Shown here: positions 12,987 through 25,051 of the stretch, in pieces
Position numbering within the stretch: position 1 is the stretch's first letter
Layout: each line of letters starts with the position of its first letter
Source of the DNA: the human T2T-CHM13v2.0 reference genome, Homo sapiens
DNA: 64,000 bases
NCBI GenBank assembly: GCA_009914755.4
Contig: CP086569.2
Span: 8,896,001-8,960,000 of the forward strand
Direction: 5' to 3'
Notes under the pieces: model-generated
Database searches by the model: none
Seen by the model: the letters and a program-made list of their open reading frames with translations, nothing else
Told to the model about the DNA's origin: nothing
Program-made: the position numbers and the translations under genes

Positions 12987-15500
12987 ATGCTTATCTGGAC
13001 ATGGAGTGGACAGTGCAGGTCATGGTCAGTGGGACCTCCAAAGGAGGCACCCCATTCAAATTGGAGGTTCTGCAGGAGAGGGCAGCCAGGGTACAGAGCT
13101 CGAAGGCGCCCTTGGGGGAGGAGAAGGTGCTGGTGGTGGACAACGTCATGGTGGTGGTTGAGAAGAAGGCCAACATGGAGCCTGGTGGAGGACCAGCAGA
13201 CACTGCCTGGTCCTGGCCCCAGCACACCCTGGCCAGCCACAGATTCGCTGGAGGTCCTTCACTTGAAGCAGAGTTCCATGAATAACCAGGCCACATGGCC
13301 TGCCCACAGCTGAGAGGGAACCTTTGGCAGAGGTGCCTCCCCCGCCTGGATGGCACAGGGGCCATCAGCCAGGGCATCTCCAGCTTCTGGGCCACAGCCA
13401 CATCTTTGCAGCTGCCCATTCGGAATGACTGGCAGCAGGGGGTGGGCATCTGGCTTCCTGGGGTGGGGAGCAGGGGAGCCAAGCAAGGGGCACACGGGGC
13501 CAACCAGGAGGAAGGGGATGGGGGATAGTGAGGGGATCTGAGGCCAGGGTCCTGCAGATAGGAGGGCAGCTTGCTTGGGGGTGCCCTGAGAGCACGTGGT
13601 AGGGACTGGGAGCCAAGCTCAGCACTCACAAGGGAGAATAGCGGCCCCATGGACCCTTCACGCACAGCAGAAACTTGAAGGGCATGTTTCCATGAGAAAG
13701 TCCTTGGAGGAAGGGGAGTCTGCATGCCCATGCCAGCCATAGAAACCACCCTGGCTGCCCATGTCTGTGGCCAGCAGCCTTACCCCAGAAACACAAGGTG
13801 CTTCAGACTCAGGTTCACGGTGCACGGGGCTGCTGTCATCTGCAAGGCAGGCACCAGCTCCCCAGATAGGCTTTCTTCCTTCTGCCTGCACTGCACCCAA
13901 AGAGCTGTAGGCCCTGGGCATATACAACCTCCGTTGCACATACACCTCCATTACACACATGGGAGCCCCATGGGGAGTGACAGGCACAGCCCTGCAGTCC
14001 CTTCTATCCACAGCAGCTCCATCAAGTGGACATGCCCACCTCTCAGGGAGACCAGAAGAGGGGACTGCACACCTGGACACCCTCAGCAGAGCCAGTCCAG
14101 TATCCAGCACACAATGACCATGTGCAGCTCAGCAACTCTGAAGATACAGCCGCCTCACACAACGGCACCCCACACCCAATCCCCTGCCTACTTGTGCCGC
14201 CCGCTCCTTGTTGGCAGGGGCTTTCTGGGCCTCCCTCCACCCTCCCACAAGACCACCACAACCACTACCATGCCCCCAACACTGGACAGAGACAGGACCA
14301 CGAATGCAGGGTACCAGGTCAAAGGTTTTGGGATAGCCCTGCCAAACACTCTCCCAGCTCTTGCAAAGTTGTGGGGTGTTTCCTGGCATGCCCACCCAAT
14401 CATCTGGAGGTTCCTTGACCAGAGGCAGATTGTGCAGCACACCTACATGTCGGCAGAGTTCAGAAACCATGAGGAAGTCCTGCTAAGTAAGCTACAGGAT
14501 GGATTTGAAGCTCAGGCTGAGGAGCCAGGGTCTGCAGGACGGGTCCAGGGTCCTGTTCAGGTTGAGGTCCTCCTGGGGCACAGGGGTGTCTGAGTGGTAG
14601 AGCTGGGAAGGGGCAACACATGCTTCACCCCAGCCAGCAGGCCCTCAGCCCAGATAGATGAAATGGATCCTTTGAGTCTGTCCTCTTCTTCTTGGCATGG
14701 CAGGTGGAGGAACTCAGTCATCCGGGGTACCGGCAGCAGGATGAAGTGTTCCTTTCATCACTACCTTTATTTCCACAATAAAGTGATCATTAAGGAATAT
14801 CGTGTTCGCATCCTTGGTAAGGAGTGCCTCCTGGTGTGGTAGAGAGGGTGGAGTGTGGGACGCTAGGCCTGGCATGAGCCTTTCTGACTCGTTCCAGGAT
14901 GCAGGGCTTCTGGCTCTAGTGTAGTCCAGTGGTTCTAGAGTCATCAGAAGAAGCCCCACCTTCAGTAAGGACACAGCCTACCTGAGCTTCCTCAGCTAGA
15001 TGGCTGACTGTGACCACTCAGGGTCAGCCAGGACTGCTGAGGCAGGGGCCGCTGTGGGGTGTCATGGGAAAGGACCTTGCTGGTCTTTCCTTGGCATCTT
15101 GGGAACTGGCTTTGAACTATGACCTGACCTTTCACAGACCACTTCCCCACTCCTCCAGATCATCAGTCAGGGCTTCTGACTCAATCCCCTGCAGCACTAC
15201 CTAAGGATTAGGTCCTCAGAGAGGGAACAGAGAGGAGGCCAGGTAAGCAGCCCACAGCTGGGGGCTCAGAGGCCTGTGGGTCCTGCAGCTGTGACACACA
15301 TGGAGAACTCAAGGCTCAGGGAGGAGCCTGCAGTGAGAAATCCCAGCCATCCCTGGACTGGGGCAGAAAAGCCCATCAGGGAACTGTAACACTCATATTT
15401 CAGAATTGGGGAACCTGAAGTGCCTAAGAGGCAGAAGTGGCAAAGGTCAATGGGTGAGAAGCAACGCTCAAGGGATAGCTGTCTCATCATCCTTCTCTGG
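12987..15500 (+). pseudogene. TSPY-like (NAP/SET family) unprocessed pseudogene, copy A, apparently 5'-truncated at the L1 insertion
   Basis: The exon-1-like segment at 12987-13270 translates to ...LGEEKVLVVDNVMVVVEKKANMEPGGGPADTAWSWPQ...DSLEVLHLKQ. Compare [34 protein letters not shown]...[16 protein letters not shown]. The exon-2-like segment near 14395-14480 gives HPIIWRFLDQRQIVQHTYMSAEFRNHEEVLLS. The exon-3-like segment near 14735-14815 gives MKCSFHHYLYFHNKVIIKEYRVRILG followed by a gtaagg donor. Compare [31 protein letters not shown]. The exon-4/5-like segment at 15010-15204 ends ...SIPCSTT. Compare NPLQYY. Intron positions are shared with TSPY. The intron-5-like sequence at 15250-15495 matches 38100-38370 and TSPY intron 5. 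Confidence 0.75.
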
Positions 15501-18500
15501 CTCCCTTCTATGCCTTGAGGCCTGCTACTACCTGGGGCTCAGTATGGGCTCAACTAGAGTGCACGCAGGGCATGCCTAGGTCTACGTACTTCTAGAATGG
15601 CTATACCAGCCGTGTCATGTTTTGTTTCAATGACCCCAGGCTCCCCTGACATGCTTTATCCCCTCTGCCATCCTCACTCATGCTTCCCCGGCTCTCAAGA
15701 TATTTCCTATGACATTAAAAAATAGACATAAAGTTTTTAAAATGCCTTAATAATATAGATGCAGATAAAAGATTTCATTATAAAAAGTGCTTTTCCTCTT
15801 TACTTGTATCAAAGTCTTTTTCATGATGGGGAAAAGAATGCAACATACTTTGGTAAGTTAAAAAAGCATAAAAGTAAAAATAAATCCTACTGCAGATGAT
15901 CAATTAAATGGCAGGGGATCTTCTGTGTGTGTCCAGGGAGGGTACGTGGCTGAGCAGTAAGCCTCACCTGAGTATTGGTGTAGACACCCAGTTTCCCTCG
16001 TACCAGTGTGGGTATGGGCACGTTCCAGTTTGCGTGTCCAGCCTGTGTGTCTACGCTGATGCACGCATGTGCACACCTGTGCCTGTGTCCCTTTGTGTAC
16101 CTTGGTTTTGGGAGGGCTGACACTCCTGCCCACAGGTGTGCCTCAAACTCAGCTCTTAAGCTGGCAAGCAGGGTGCCACTGGGTTTGGCAATCCAACTTC
16201 AGGACCCGTGAAGTCTGCATGCTAGGGAGAAGCAAAGAGTCCTCATGGTTCTCACAAATGGCAGAGGGAGGAGGAAAAGGGTGGCTGGCACGAGCTACCT
16301 AGACGAGATGTCATAAACCTGAAATGACACCCAGAGGGATATAAAACCTAGTAGCTGCCTGTGTTTACCTGTGTGTTCGGCCGGGGCATTCAGGTAAGAA
16401 TCAGTGAAACCTGCAGGGCTTTGGGATTCGCTATTCGGGAATCCCTGTGCACCAGAGTCTCTGGCCCATGAGAGAGGACAGCATGTGGGTCCGGCAGGGC
16501 CTGAGTCTCCAGGGAGGCTGGCATTCTCCCCAAGAGGGCATGGGTCGGTAGGTGGAAGAGAAACCTGGGCTGTGGGTTCAGGTAGATGGGACACCTACCA
16601 CTTAGCCAGGTGGGAGCTCAGGAGAGGGCCAGGAGAGCCTAACTGGCCGGTGACACCCCGTCCCAGTGCTGGGTGTGCGCACACGAGCTTTGCCCCATGC
16701 ACCCTCTCCAGGATGCCTCACCTGGGCAGACAGGAAGCAAGGCACACAAGATCCTAAGCTTATGGTCATGAGTGGACCCAGACTGGGGGGTCCCTAGGAT
16801 CACTGTTCCCAGGAGAACCAGGCATGCAGGGTCTCTTCAGGACAGGGGTAAAATGCATAAGCCCTGCTCTCCACCCAGTGAGTGTCATGCCCTGATGATG
16901 TCAGCCATGGCAGATACAGGTCTTCCACCTAGATTGCAGATCCACAGGCTTACAACCTCCCCCTGGCCTTCTCTGGGACAGACCCCTGGACTCTGAAACA
17001 GCCAGTGCCCCAGGACTGTTCCTTCCCCGCCTCCAAGCTCGTGGGAGGCTCAGTGGGGACTCTCCTCCTAGTACATGGCCACCCACAGGCACTGTCAACA
17101 ATCCAGGGCCCTTCTACATTCCAGGGTCCTGCCACCTTACCCAGCAGTGGGATAATGGGGAGGGAAAGAGTGGGAACAGACAGAGCGGGGGCCACAAGCC
17201 TCACCCTCCCACATGGCAAGGGAATGAGGAGATCCTTCTCAGCCCAGGCAGCTGCTTTCAGAACACACACCTGGAAGCCCAGCACCAGCTGAGGGATTCA
17301 CTCTGCCACAGCTGGGCATGGGGGATTTCATTGGGGATTTCATTGTGTGCTGGGGAACTTGATCCTGGTTGCCATACCAGGTGTACCTCTCTTCCAGATC
17401 ACAATATGCTCACACCCTCCTTTACCTGAATGGATTCCTTGTCCTCACCACATGGTGTTAGCTGGAAATGCTACTCCTGGTGCCCCAATTGCTGTTTCAA
17501 GGTGCAGAGACTGACCAGCAGACCCCTGAGTCCTTGTCCTCTTATCCAAGTAATATCCATAGAAATAGTAAAATAGTGGCACATTAGACCTAGTGATAAT
17601 TTTAAGGCTGATCTCTTTATAAGCATTTCATCAATATATTTATGACTTTATCTCGTGTATTTTATTTATAACTGTCATTTCAAATTCAATTTTTGCTCAA
17701 GAGTTATTTTAACATATAGCGAAATGTTCAGAGCTATGATACATAGGTTTCAAGTTTAAAAGTCTGTATCTGCTATGATTTTGGGAAAAACCCACAGAGC
17801 ACTTGTAAAAATAGGTAATTATTAGGCATGACCACTGTAGTGGTTTAAAACACACTTTGAAATTCTTCTCAAACCCATTTGAAAATATTCCTGATGGGAC
17901 TGAACACAGTACTTGCTTGTAATGAATAGAAAACAGTGCAAGCATTTTCGGGATACTGGACCACCTCTGGCCTAGTTTAGAAAAGGTGACACAGCTCTGC
18001 CCAAGTCTCCTGCTCTCATCCCCCTTAGGAGCCCCCGACCAGTACACCACGAAGTCTAACACCCTGATAACACTACACAGAAGGGACATCCAATGGAGAG
18101 ACTCAAAGAAATAGAAAAAGATGTCTGAGGATCTCAGCAGTCCAGCCCCTGCTATTTGAGTCACGCTAGCCATGGCACCAGGGAGATGGGAAGACACCCG
18201 CCAACGTCCCCATCCTTGGCCATCACTAGATTGCAACCTCCTGAGTGCCCCTGAACCATATTCATTTGGCTGAGAGACTGAGGGCGATTGCAGAGACTGA
18301 CAGTTAGTAAATTATAATTATTGTTTAAGCCACTAAGTTTTAGACAATTCTGAAAAGCACTTTAGACTCCTAGAAAAACTGAGTTGTCTACTCATTTAAT
18401 TGCAGAGAGCTGTAAAGGCTAACATCATGAATAATAATAACCTGGAAAAGTCAAATCATCAAGATTCTTCTAAGCACAACAGATCTTTAATGCCCCTTTG

Positions 18501-18859
18501 CTATGGCTGAAGAATAATCTAACATACACCTGATAGAGATGTTTGAAAGCCTCTGTTCACATCTCTCGGCAGGGTAAGGGTCAACTCTAGTCTGGTTTAA
18601 TTCTAGGTAACTGCAGCAGTTCACCTTTCATTTTAGGTCATGGCCTATGCTGATTTTTTGATCACTGACTGTGTCTTTGTCTGTGTGTGTGTTTTGTGTG
18701 TTACGATATTTTATCTGAGGATGCTAAATAATAGTACTATAGTTGTTTTGTAAACAAAAAACATTCCAGGAAGTCAGTATTGTTTATAAACTGAGCTTTA
18801 AAACAGATACGAAATTAGACATGGCAAGATGCCATGTCTAGTATCATACCAAAGCTAGC

Positions 18860-19020
18860 CAAGCTTGGTGGCTCATGGATGTTATCCCAGCTACTTGGAA
18901 GGCTGATGCAGGAGAATCCATTGAACCTGGTGATGGAGTTTCCAGTAAAGTGAGATCACACCACTGTGCTCTAGCCTGGGCAGCAGAGCGAGACTCTGTC
19001 TCAGAAAGAAAAAGAGAATA
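18860..19020 (+). mobile_element. Alu fragment (right arm)
   Basis: ggaggctgatgcaggagaatccattgaacctgg...cactgtgctctagcctgggcagcagagcgagactctgtctc. Confidence 0.8.
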
Positions 19021-19064
19021 AAATAATAAAATAGGAGAGATCACTGAAAAGAGAAATGCATAAA

Positions 19065-19380
19065 ACTGGGTGGGCATTGTGGCTCATGCCTGGATCCCAG
19101 CATTTTCAGAGGATGAGGTGGGTGGATCACTAGATGACAGGAGTTCAAGACCAGCCTGAGCAAACATTGTGAAACCTGGTCTCTACCGAAAATACAAAAA
19201 ACATATAGATATATATACACATACATACATACAGGATTGGTGTCATATGATTGCAGTTGCAGCTGCTTAGAAGGGTGTGACTGGACAACTGCTTGAACCC
19301 AGGACAGGGAGGGAGCAGTGAGCTGAGATCACGCCACTGCACTCCAGCCTAGGTGACAGAGCAGGATTCTGTCTTAAAAA
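19065..19380 (+). mobile_element. Alu element interrupted by about 50 bp of inserted AT-rich sequence
   Basis: The left arm is ggtgggcattgtggctcatgcctggatcccagcattttcagaggatgaggtgggtggatcact at 19065-19200. The right arm is aactgcttgaacccaggacagggagggagcagtgagctgagatcacgccactgcactccagcctaggtgacagagc at 19250-19380. Confidence 0.75.
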
Positions 19381-19744
19381 AATTAAATGAGATAAAAAGA
19401 TATAAAGAAAAAAAGAAAGAAACACAGGAATGAAGAAAGGAAGGGAGGGAGGGAGGGAATGAAAATTTGTATGTAACAGTTGTAGGTATTTTTGGCATAC
19501 ATGTGATATTTTGATACAAGTAATGTGAACTGGTAAGCGAGGGATCAAAGAGGGGATGGGGGTGGGTTAAATTATACTTGCTTAGAAGGAATAATATCTA
19601 GTGTTCAGTGGCACAGGATGACTACACTTAATAATGATTTATTGTACATCTCAAAATAATTAATAGAGCGAAGGTGGAATGTCGCTCGTACCAAGAAAAG
19701 ATATACCAGACTCAGTGAGGTGGAATGTTGCTCATACCAAGAAA

Positions 19745-20052
19745 AGATATGCCAGACTCAGTGGCTCACAGCTATAATCACAACACTTTGGGAAGCCAGG
19801 GAAGGAGGATCATTTCAGCCTGGGAGTTTGAGACCAGCCTGAACAATATATCCAAAGCATTGTCCCTACCACACACACACAAAAGCTGGGCATGGTGGTT
19901 GGTGTGTGTCTGTAATTCCAGCTACTTGGGAGGCTGAAATGGAAGTCTGGCACATTTGAACCCCGTGTCCAAGGCTGCAGTGAGCTACGATGGTGCCACT
20001 GCAGTCTAGGCTGGACAACAGAGTGAGACCTTGTCTCTAAAAAAGAAAAAAG
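19745..20052 (+). mobile_element. Alu element, full length
   Basis: gccagactcagtggctcacagctataatcacaacactttgggaagcc...ctgcagtgagctacgatggtgccactgcagtctaggctggacaacagagtgagaccttgtctc, with a poly-A tail. Confidence 0.85.
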
Positions 20053-20121
20053 AATTGATAAGTGCTTGAACTGAAGGATACCCTATTTATTATGTATATA
20101 TTTGTTGATTTATATAATTAT

Positions 20122-20412
20122 TTTTGGTTTGGAGTCACACTCTGTCACCCAGGCTAGGGTGCATGGTGCAATATCGGCTCACTGCAGCATCAGGCTCCCA
20201 AGTTCAAATGATTCTCCTGCCTGAGCCTCCCAATTAACTGTAACATACTACAGGCAGGCACCACCATGCCTGGCTAATTTTTGTATTTTTGGTAGAGATG
20301 GGGTTTCATGGTGTTGGCCAGCCTGGTCTTCAACTCCTGTCCTAAAGTGATCTGCAAGCCACGGCCTCCCCAAGTGTTAGAATTAAAGACCTGAGCCACC
20401 ACACCTGGACAG
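20122..20412 (-). mobile_element. Alu element, antisense
   Basis: ggagtcacactctgtcacccaggctagggtgcatggtgcaatatcggctcactgcagc...gcctccccaagtgttagaattaaagacctgagccaccacacctgg. Confidence 0.85.
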
Positions 20413-21437
20413 TAAGATACACAAGACTAGGGAGATTTATCTTTTCACTTCATCCTTACAATGCTACAGGTGAATGAAAACACAACTTCATAACATGAAT
20501 ACCTCACTTGAATATCAAAGTTGGCAACTTCTCCCTTTAAAATTATTCGTACCCTTACCCTATAAAAATTGATGATCTTGTCAAAATTTTTCAAGAAAAT
20601 ACTTCCTCCTTGCAGATTAGTCTGTCAATTGTTAATAACTAAGGACTGTAAAACTTCTGGAACTTGATGTATTTCATTTCTTTAGTTTGCAAAATCAGGA
20701 AAAATAATTGATTTAGTTATTTAGGTCCAAATATTTTTATCATTCCATGATTTCTTAAAACTTTCAGCAATCCCGTCTGAAACTTTATGCTGTTGTTTAT
20801 ATTTTACACACTTCACTTTCCCCAAAGTATGAGGTTTAAAGTGTTTCCATTCATATTAGAAAACTTGAACAGTTTGCAAGGGAGGCATAACGTATGCCTA
20901 ATTTTGTATCTATGTTCAAAGAAACAAAGGAAAATGTACAACAAACTACACAATTTTCTCTCCTATTGAATTTGCTTTAAGCATGTGCGGCTAACCAATA
21001 ACACCAGGCATTTTGAAATACATGTAAAATCTTATTGTGAAAATTTTAAGGTAGATATTACATCTAAACACTTTTCAAATAGCATCAACAAGTATGAAAT
21101 TACTTTGAAAACAATTCCTTTTCCTTTGAATACCTCAGAAAATTCATGGAGGAAGTTAGTATCTACCTCTCTCCACAAAACCAATATGTTTCTTTTAGTA
21201 ATATGCAGGTAATGCAGCAGAAATAACATTTCAATTTTTGATTTGCAAACAAGGTTTGGTATGCAATAACTATTATTTTGAACCCATGCTTTAATATCTG
21301 CTTCAGTCTCCTTTTTCAGATCAACTTTCACCACCATCTACTGTAGATGCCACATAACTTGAGCTACCATATGCTTCACGAGGAGCAGGGAGCACCCTAC
21401 CCAGAGAAGGCAGATTCCTTTGGTCTTTTCTGCAAAC

Positions 21438-21592
21438 CTACTCATGATCACAATAATGAAAATCACCACAGCTCCTGGAGTAACTCTCCCAACTTCTGCC
21501 ATATCTATCTCGAGTATTATTATAATCATGGCATGTGCTTCCGCCATAAGACATCTGAGGCCCTCGTGCAGGTGGTGCACCATGAGAGGTCC
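21438..21592 (-). pseudogene. RBMY: RBMY pseudogene terminal coding exon up to the premature TAG
   Basis: It translates to [51 protein letters not shown]. Downstream sequence is still homologous to the RBMY1 C-terminus (…SSSYVAS.VDGGES.SEKGD.SRY) but is frameshifted. Confidence 0.8.
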
Positions 21593-22002
21593 CTGCATGG
21601 TTGACAAAATAATATGTTGGACTACCTTTGAACATTTTTACTGCTATCATTAAAGCATGAATTAGTTAAAGTACTATTTGGAAATATCTGCTTTCTTCTG
21701 CCTTTGTTGACAGGACATTAATCAAGTCTTCAACAGTCAGAAGGTTTCATTTAAAAGAAGTATAAGAGTAGTATTCTGAAGCTTAACAAACTTAATTCTA
21801 AAGTAAATGTGGAGTCACATTTTCTTAACGTGAACTGAAGTTCTCGCCTTCATAACATTCCCTATCTTTATACTGTTAAGAATACTCAATATTTAAACAT
21901 GTTGCATATGTCCTTTATAATTTTCCTTAGAATTTCCTTAAAATAACAATCTGGTCTATTACATAAAATTCTGTAATTTACAAATCCATCCTGGACCCTT
22001 AC

Positions 22003-22091
22003 CGTATCTCTGAAATGCATCTCTATAAGAACTTCCACTTAGATGTTCAGAATGATCTCTACCACGGGCCTCACCGTAGCCATCATGGTAA
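22003..22091 (-). pseudogene. RBMY: RBMY pseudogene exon 10
   Basis: It translates to [30 protein letters not shown], with a gtaag donor. Confidence 0.8.
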
Positions 22092-22176
22092 CTAAATTGA
22101 AAAAAAAAAACATTTTTAATGTTAGAATGAACAATTTAAGAAATCTATTTGGTAAATCCAGATAACATGATAGTAC

Positions 22177-22287
22177 CTATATCCTCTAGAGGAATGTTCA
22201 TCCCAACTAGGATGACCATAATCACGGTATGCATAGTCTCTAGGTGGTGGAGCATAATCCCTGGTTTCTCGGGAACTTTGATGATTT
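22177..22287 (-). pseudogene. RBMY: RBMY pseudogene SRGY-box exon 4 of 4
   Basis: It translates to [37 protein letters not shown]. Compare RBMY1 box 4, [37 protein letters not shown]. Confidence 0.85.
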
Positions 22288-22785
22288 CTGTGTGCACAAG
22301 TTTAAGCAACAAATTTTAAATTTTCAACTTCCAGTATCCAAAACATAACTAAATTACAACTTAAACACAATTAAATTGCCAAACATCTAAAAAAATGCCC
22401 AAAGAGTCCAAATGCCCAAAATGCCCAAATGCCCAAAAAGCACATGAAACAGATACTCATAATGAATGATTCAGAAAATGCATTTCAAATCCAACAGGAG
22501 CTTCCATACTTCACACACACACATTGGAAGGGCAATAAATTTTTTTTATTATACTTGAAGTTCTAGGGTACATGTGCATGATGAGTTAATGGGTACATAA
22601 AATGCATTTCAAATCCAAAATGAGATATCATATTTCACACACACACTGGAAGGGCAATAAATTTTAAGAAGCAGGAAATAACAAGTGTTTGAGAGGATGC
22701 AGATAAATTGGAGCCCTGATACAATGTTAGTTGGCATGAACAACTTAAGCAATCTGTTTGACAAATCCAGAAAAAGTTACAGTAC

Positions 22786-22896
22786 CTATATCCTCTAGTG
22801 GAATGTTCATGCGGACTAGAATGACCATAATCACAGTATGCATAGTCTCCAGATAATGGAGCATAATCCCTAGTTTCTCGGGAACTTGGATGATTT
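22786..22896 (-). pseudogene. RBMY: RBMY pseudogene SRGY-box exon 3 of 4
   Basis: It translates to [37 protein letters not shown]. Confidence 0.8.
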
Positions 22897-23332
22897 CTGT
22901 GTACATAAGTTTAAGCAACAAATTTTAAATTTTCAACTTCTAGTAACCAATATACGACTAACTTACAACTTAAACAAAATGAAAAGTCCAAACATCTAAA
23001 TAGATATTTCTCCAAATAAAATAGGCAAATGGCCAAAAAGCACATGGGACAGATACTCAAATTCAGTGATTCAGAAAATGCATTTCTTTTTTCTATTATA
23101 CTTGAAGTTCTAGGGCACATGTGCATGATGAGTTAATGGGTGCAGAAAATGCATTTCAAATCCAAACTGAGATATCATATTTCACACACACACTGGAATG
23201 GCAATAAATTTTAAAAGGGAGGAAATAACAAGTGTTTGAGAGGATGTAGATAAACTGGAGCCCTGATACAATGTTAGTTGGAATGAACAATTTAAGAAAT
23301 CTATTTGACAAATCCAGAAAAAGTTACAGTAT

Positions 23333-23443
23333 CTATATACTCTAGAGGAATGTTCATCCTGACTAGAATGACCATAATCACGGTATGCATAGCCTCTAGA
23401 TGGTGGAGCATAATCCCTAGTTTCTCGGGAACTTGGATGATTT
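23333..23443 (-). pseudogene. RBMY: RBMY pseudogene SRGY-box exon 2 of 4, with both splice sites mutated
   Basis: It translates to [37 protein letters not shown]. The acceptor reads cacaaa instead of cacag. The donor reads ag|atactg instead of ag|gtacta. Confidence 0.75.
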
Positions 23444-23870
23444 TTGTGTGCATAAGTTTAGGCAACAAATTTTAAATTTTCACCTTCTACTATCCAATAT
23501 ATGACTAACTTACAACTTAAAATTAAAAGGCCAAACATCTAAATAGCTATTTCTCCAAATAAAATAGGCAAATGGCCAAAAAGCACATGGGACAGATACT
23601 CATATTCAATGATTCAGAAAATCCATTTCTTTTTTTTATTATACTTTAAGTTCTAGGGTACACATGCATGATGAGTTAATGGGTACAGAAAATGCATTTC
23701 AAATCCAAAATGAGATATCATATTTCACACACACTGGAAAGGCAATAAATTTTCAAAAGCAGGAAATAACAAGTGTTTGAGAGGATGTAGATAAATTGGA
23801 GCCCTGATACGTTAGTTGGAATGAACAATTTAAGAAATCTATTTGACAAATCCAGAAACAGTTACAGTAC

Positions 23871-23981
23871 CTATATCCTCTAGAATAATGTTCATGCCGA
23901 CGAGAATGACCATAATCACGGTATGCGTAGCCTCTAGATGGTGGAGCATAATCCCTAGTTTCTCGGGAACTTCGATCATTT
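23871..23981 (-). pseudogene. RBMY: RBMY pseudogene SRGY-box exon 1 of 4 (111 nt)
   Basis: It translates to [36 protein letters not shown]. Confidence 0.8.
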
Positions 23982-24936
23982 CTGTATGCATAAGTTTAAG
24001 CAACAAATTTTAAATTTTCAACTTCTAGTATCCAATATATGACTAACTTACAACTTAAACAAAATTAAAAGGCCAAACATCTAAACAGATATTTCTCCAA
24101 ATAAAATCGGCAAATACCCAAAAAGCACATGGGACAGATACTCATATTCAGTGATTCAAAAAATGCATTTCTTTTTGTTTTATTATACTTTAAGTTCCAG
24201 GATACATGTGCATGATGAGTTAATGGGTGCAGAAAATGCATTTCAAATCCAAAATGAGATATCATATTTCACACACACAGTTGAATGGCAATAAATTTCA
24301 AAAAGCAGGAAATAACAAGTGTTCTAGAGGATGTAGATAAACTGGAATGCTGATACAATGCTAGTTGGAACGGAAAATGATGCAGCTACTATGGAGAAAT
24401 GTGGTGGTTCCTCAAGAAAACAAACATAATTATCATAGGACCATGCAATTCCACTCATATACACCCAGAACCGAATAAGCATACTCAAACAAATATTGGT
24501 GCGTAGAAATACTCGGGTGGAAACAACCCAGATAAAATAATGGGTTAATAGCTTCTGGAGGGAGTGAAGTGCTATGATGTAAATGAACCTTCAGGACATC
24601 ATGCAAAAGGAGAGGAGACAAATACAAAAAGTCATGTAGTGTTTGAGCACATTAACATTAAATACCCACAACAGGTAAGTTCAGAGGCAGAACACTGACT
24701 GGTGTTTGCTAGCAGCTGAGGAAAGGGAGAAAATGGAAGGGACTGCTTAACTGGTAGTTGGAGTTTTAATTTGGAGTGGTGAAAACGTTTTGGAACTCGA
24801 TGGAGGTAGTTGTTGTATGGCACAGAATGTATTAAACACCACTTAACTGTTCACCTTATAATATTTAATTTTGTTATGTGAATTTCATCACCACAACAAA
24901 AAAAAAATCAACTGTGTTTTTTAATTTTTCCTTTAC

Positions 24937-25051
24937 CCATCCTTTGTTGCATAACCATCATCTCTTGGTGATATATGATCATTTCTCCAGGAAGAGATTG
25001 TCACTCTGCATGGAGGAACTCCATATCTCTCTCTTCTTTGTGACATAGGAC
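24937..25051 (-). pseudogene. RBMY: RBMY pseudogene exon 5
   Basis: It translates to [38 protein letters not shown], with a gtaaag donor. Confidence 0.8.

Larger units (their letters stand above)
22100..24300 (-). repeat. Four tandem units of about 545 bp, each carrying one SRGY-box exon and an L1-3'-end-derived fragment (the internal RBMY SRGY amplification)
   Basis: The block ...ctctagaggaatgttcatcc...ggtatgcatagtctc...ggagcataatccctagtttctcgggaac...tttaagcaacaaattttaaattttcaac... recurs at about 22180, 22780, 23330 and 23870. Each unit also holds ttttttattatacttgaagttctagggtacatgtgcatgatgagttaatgggt. Confidence 0.85.

Noticed and set aside
13724-14593. 289-aa plus-strand ORF inside TSPY-like pseudogene A
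   Set aside because: It is out of frame relative to the homologous exon blocks and runs through intron-like sequence. It begins with a non-ATG start in the ORF track. A GC-rich, proline-rich read-through is typical of spurious ORFs.
17709-18236. 175-aa minus-strand ORF in single-copy sequence
   Set aside because: I recognise no homology. It is AT-rich and low complexity, has no plausible splice context, and starts at an alternative codon in the track. It is most likely chance.
22100-24300. Regularly spaced roughly 545 bp repeats that could superficially resemble a CRISPR-like array
   Set aside because: The units are far too long and are eukaryotic intron/exon duplications (the RBMY SRGY boxes). 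The context is primate Y chromosome, not prokaryotic.
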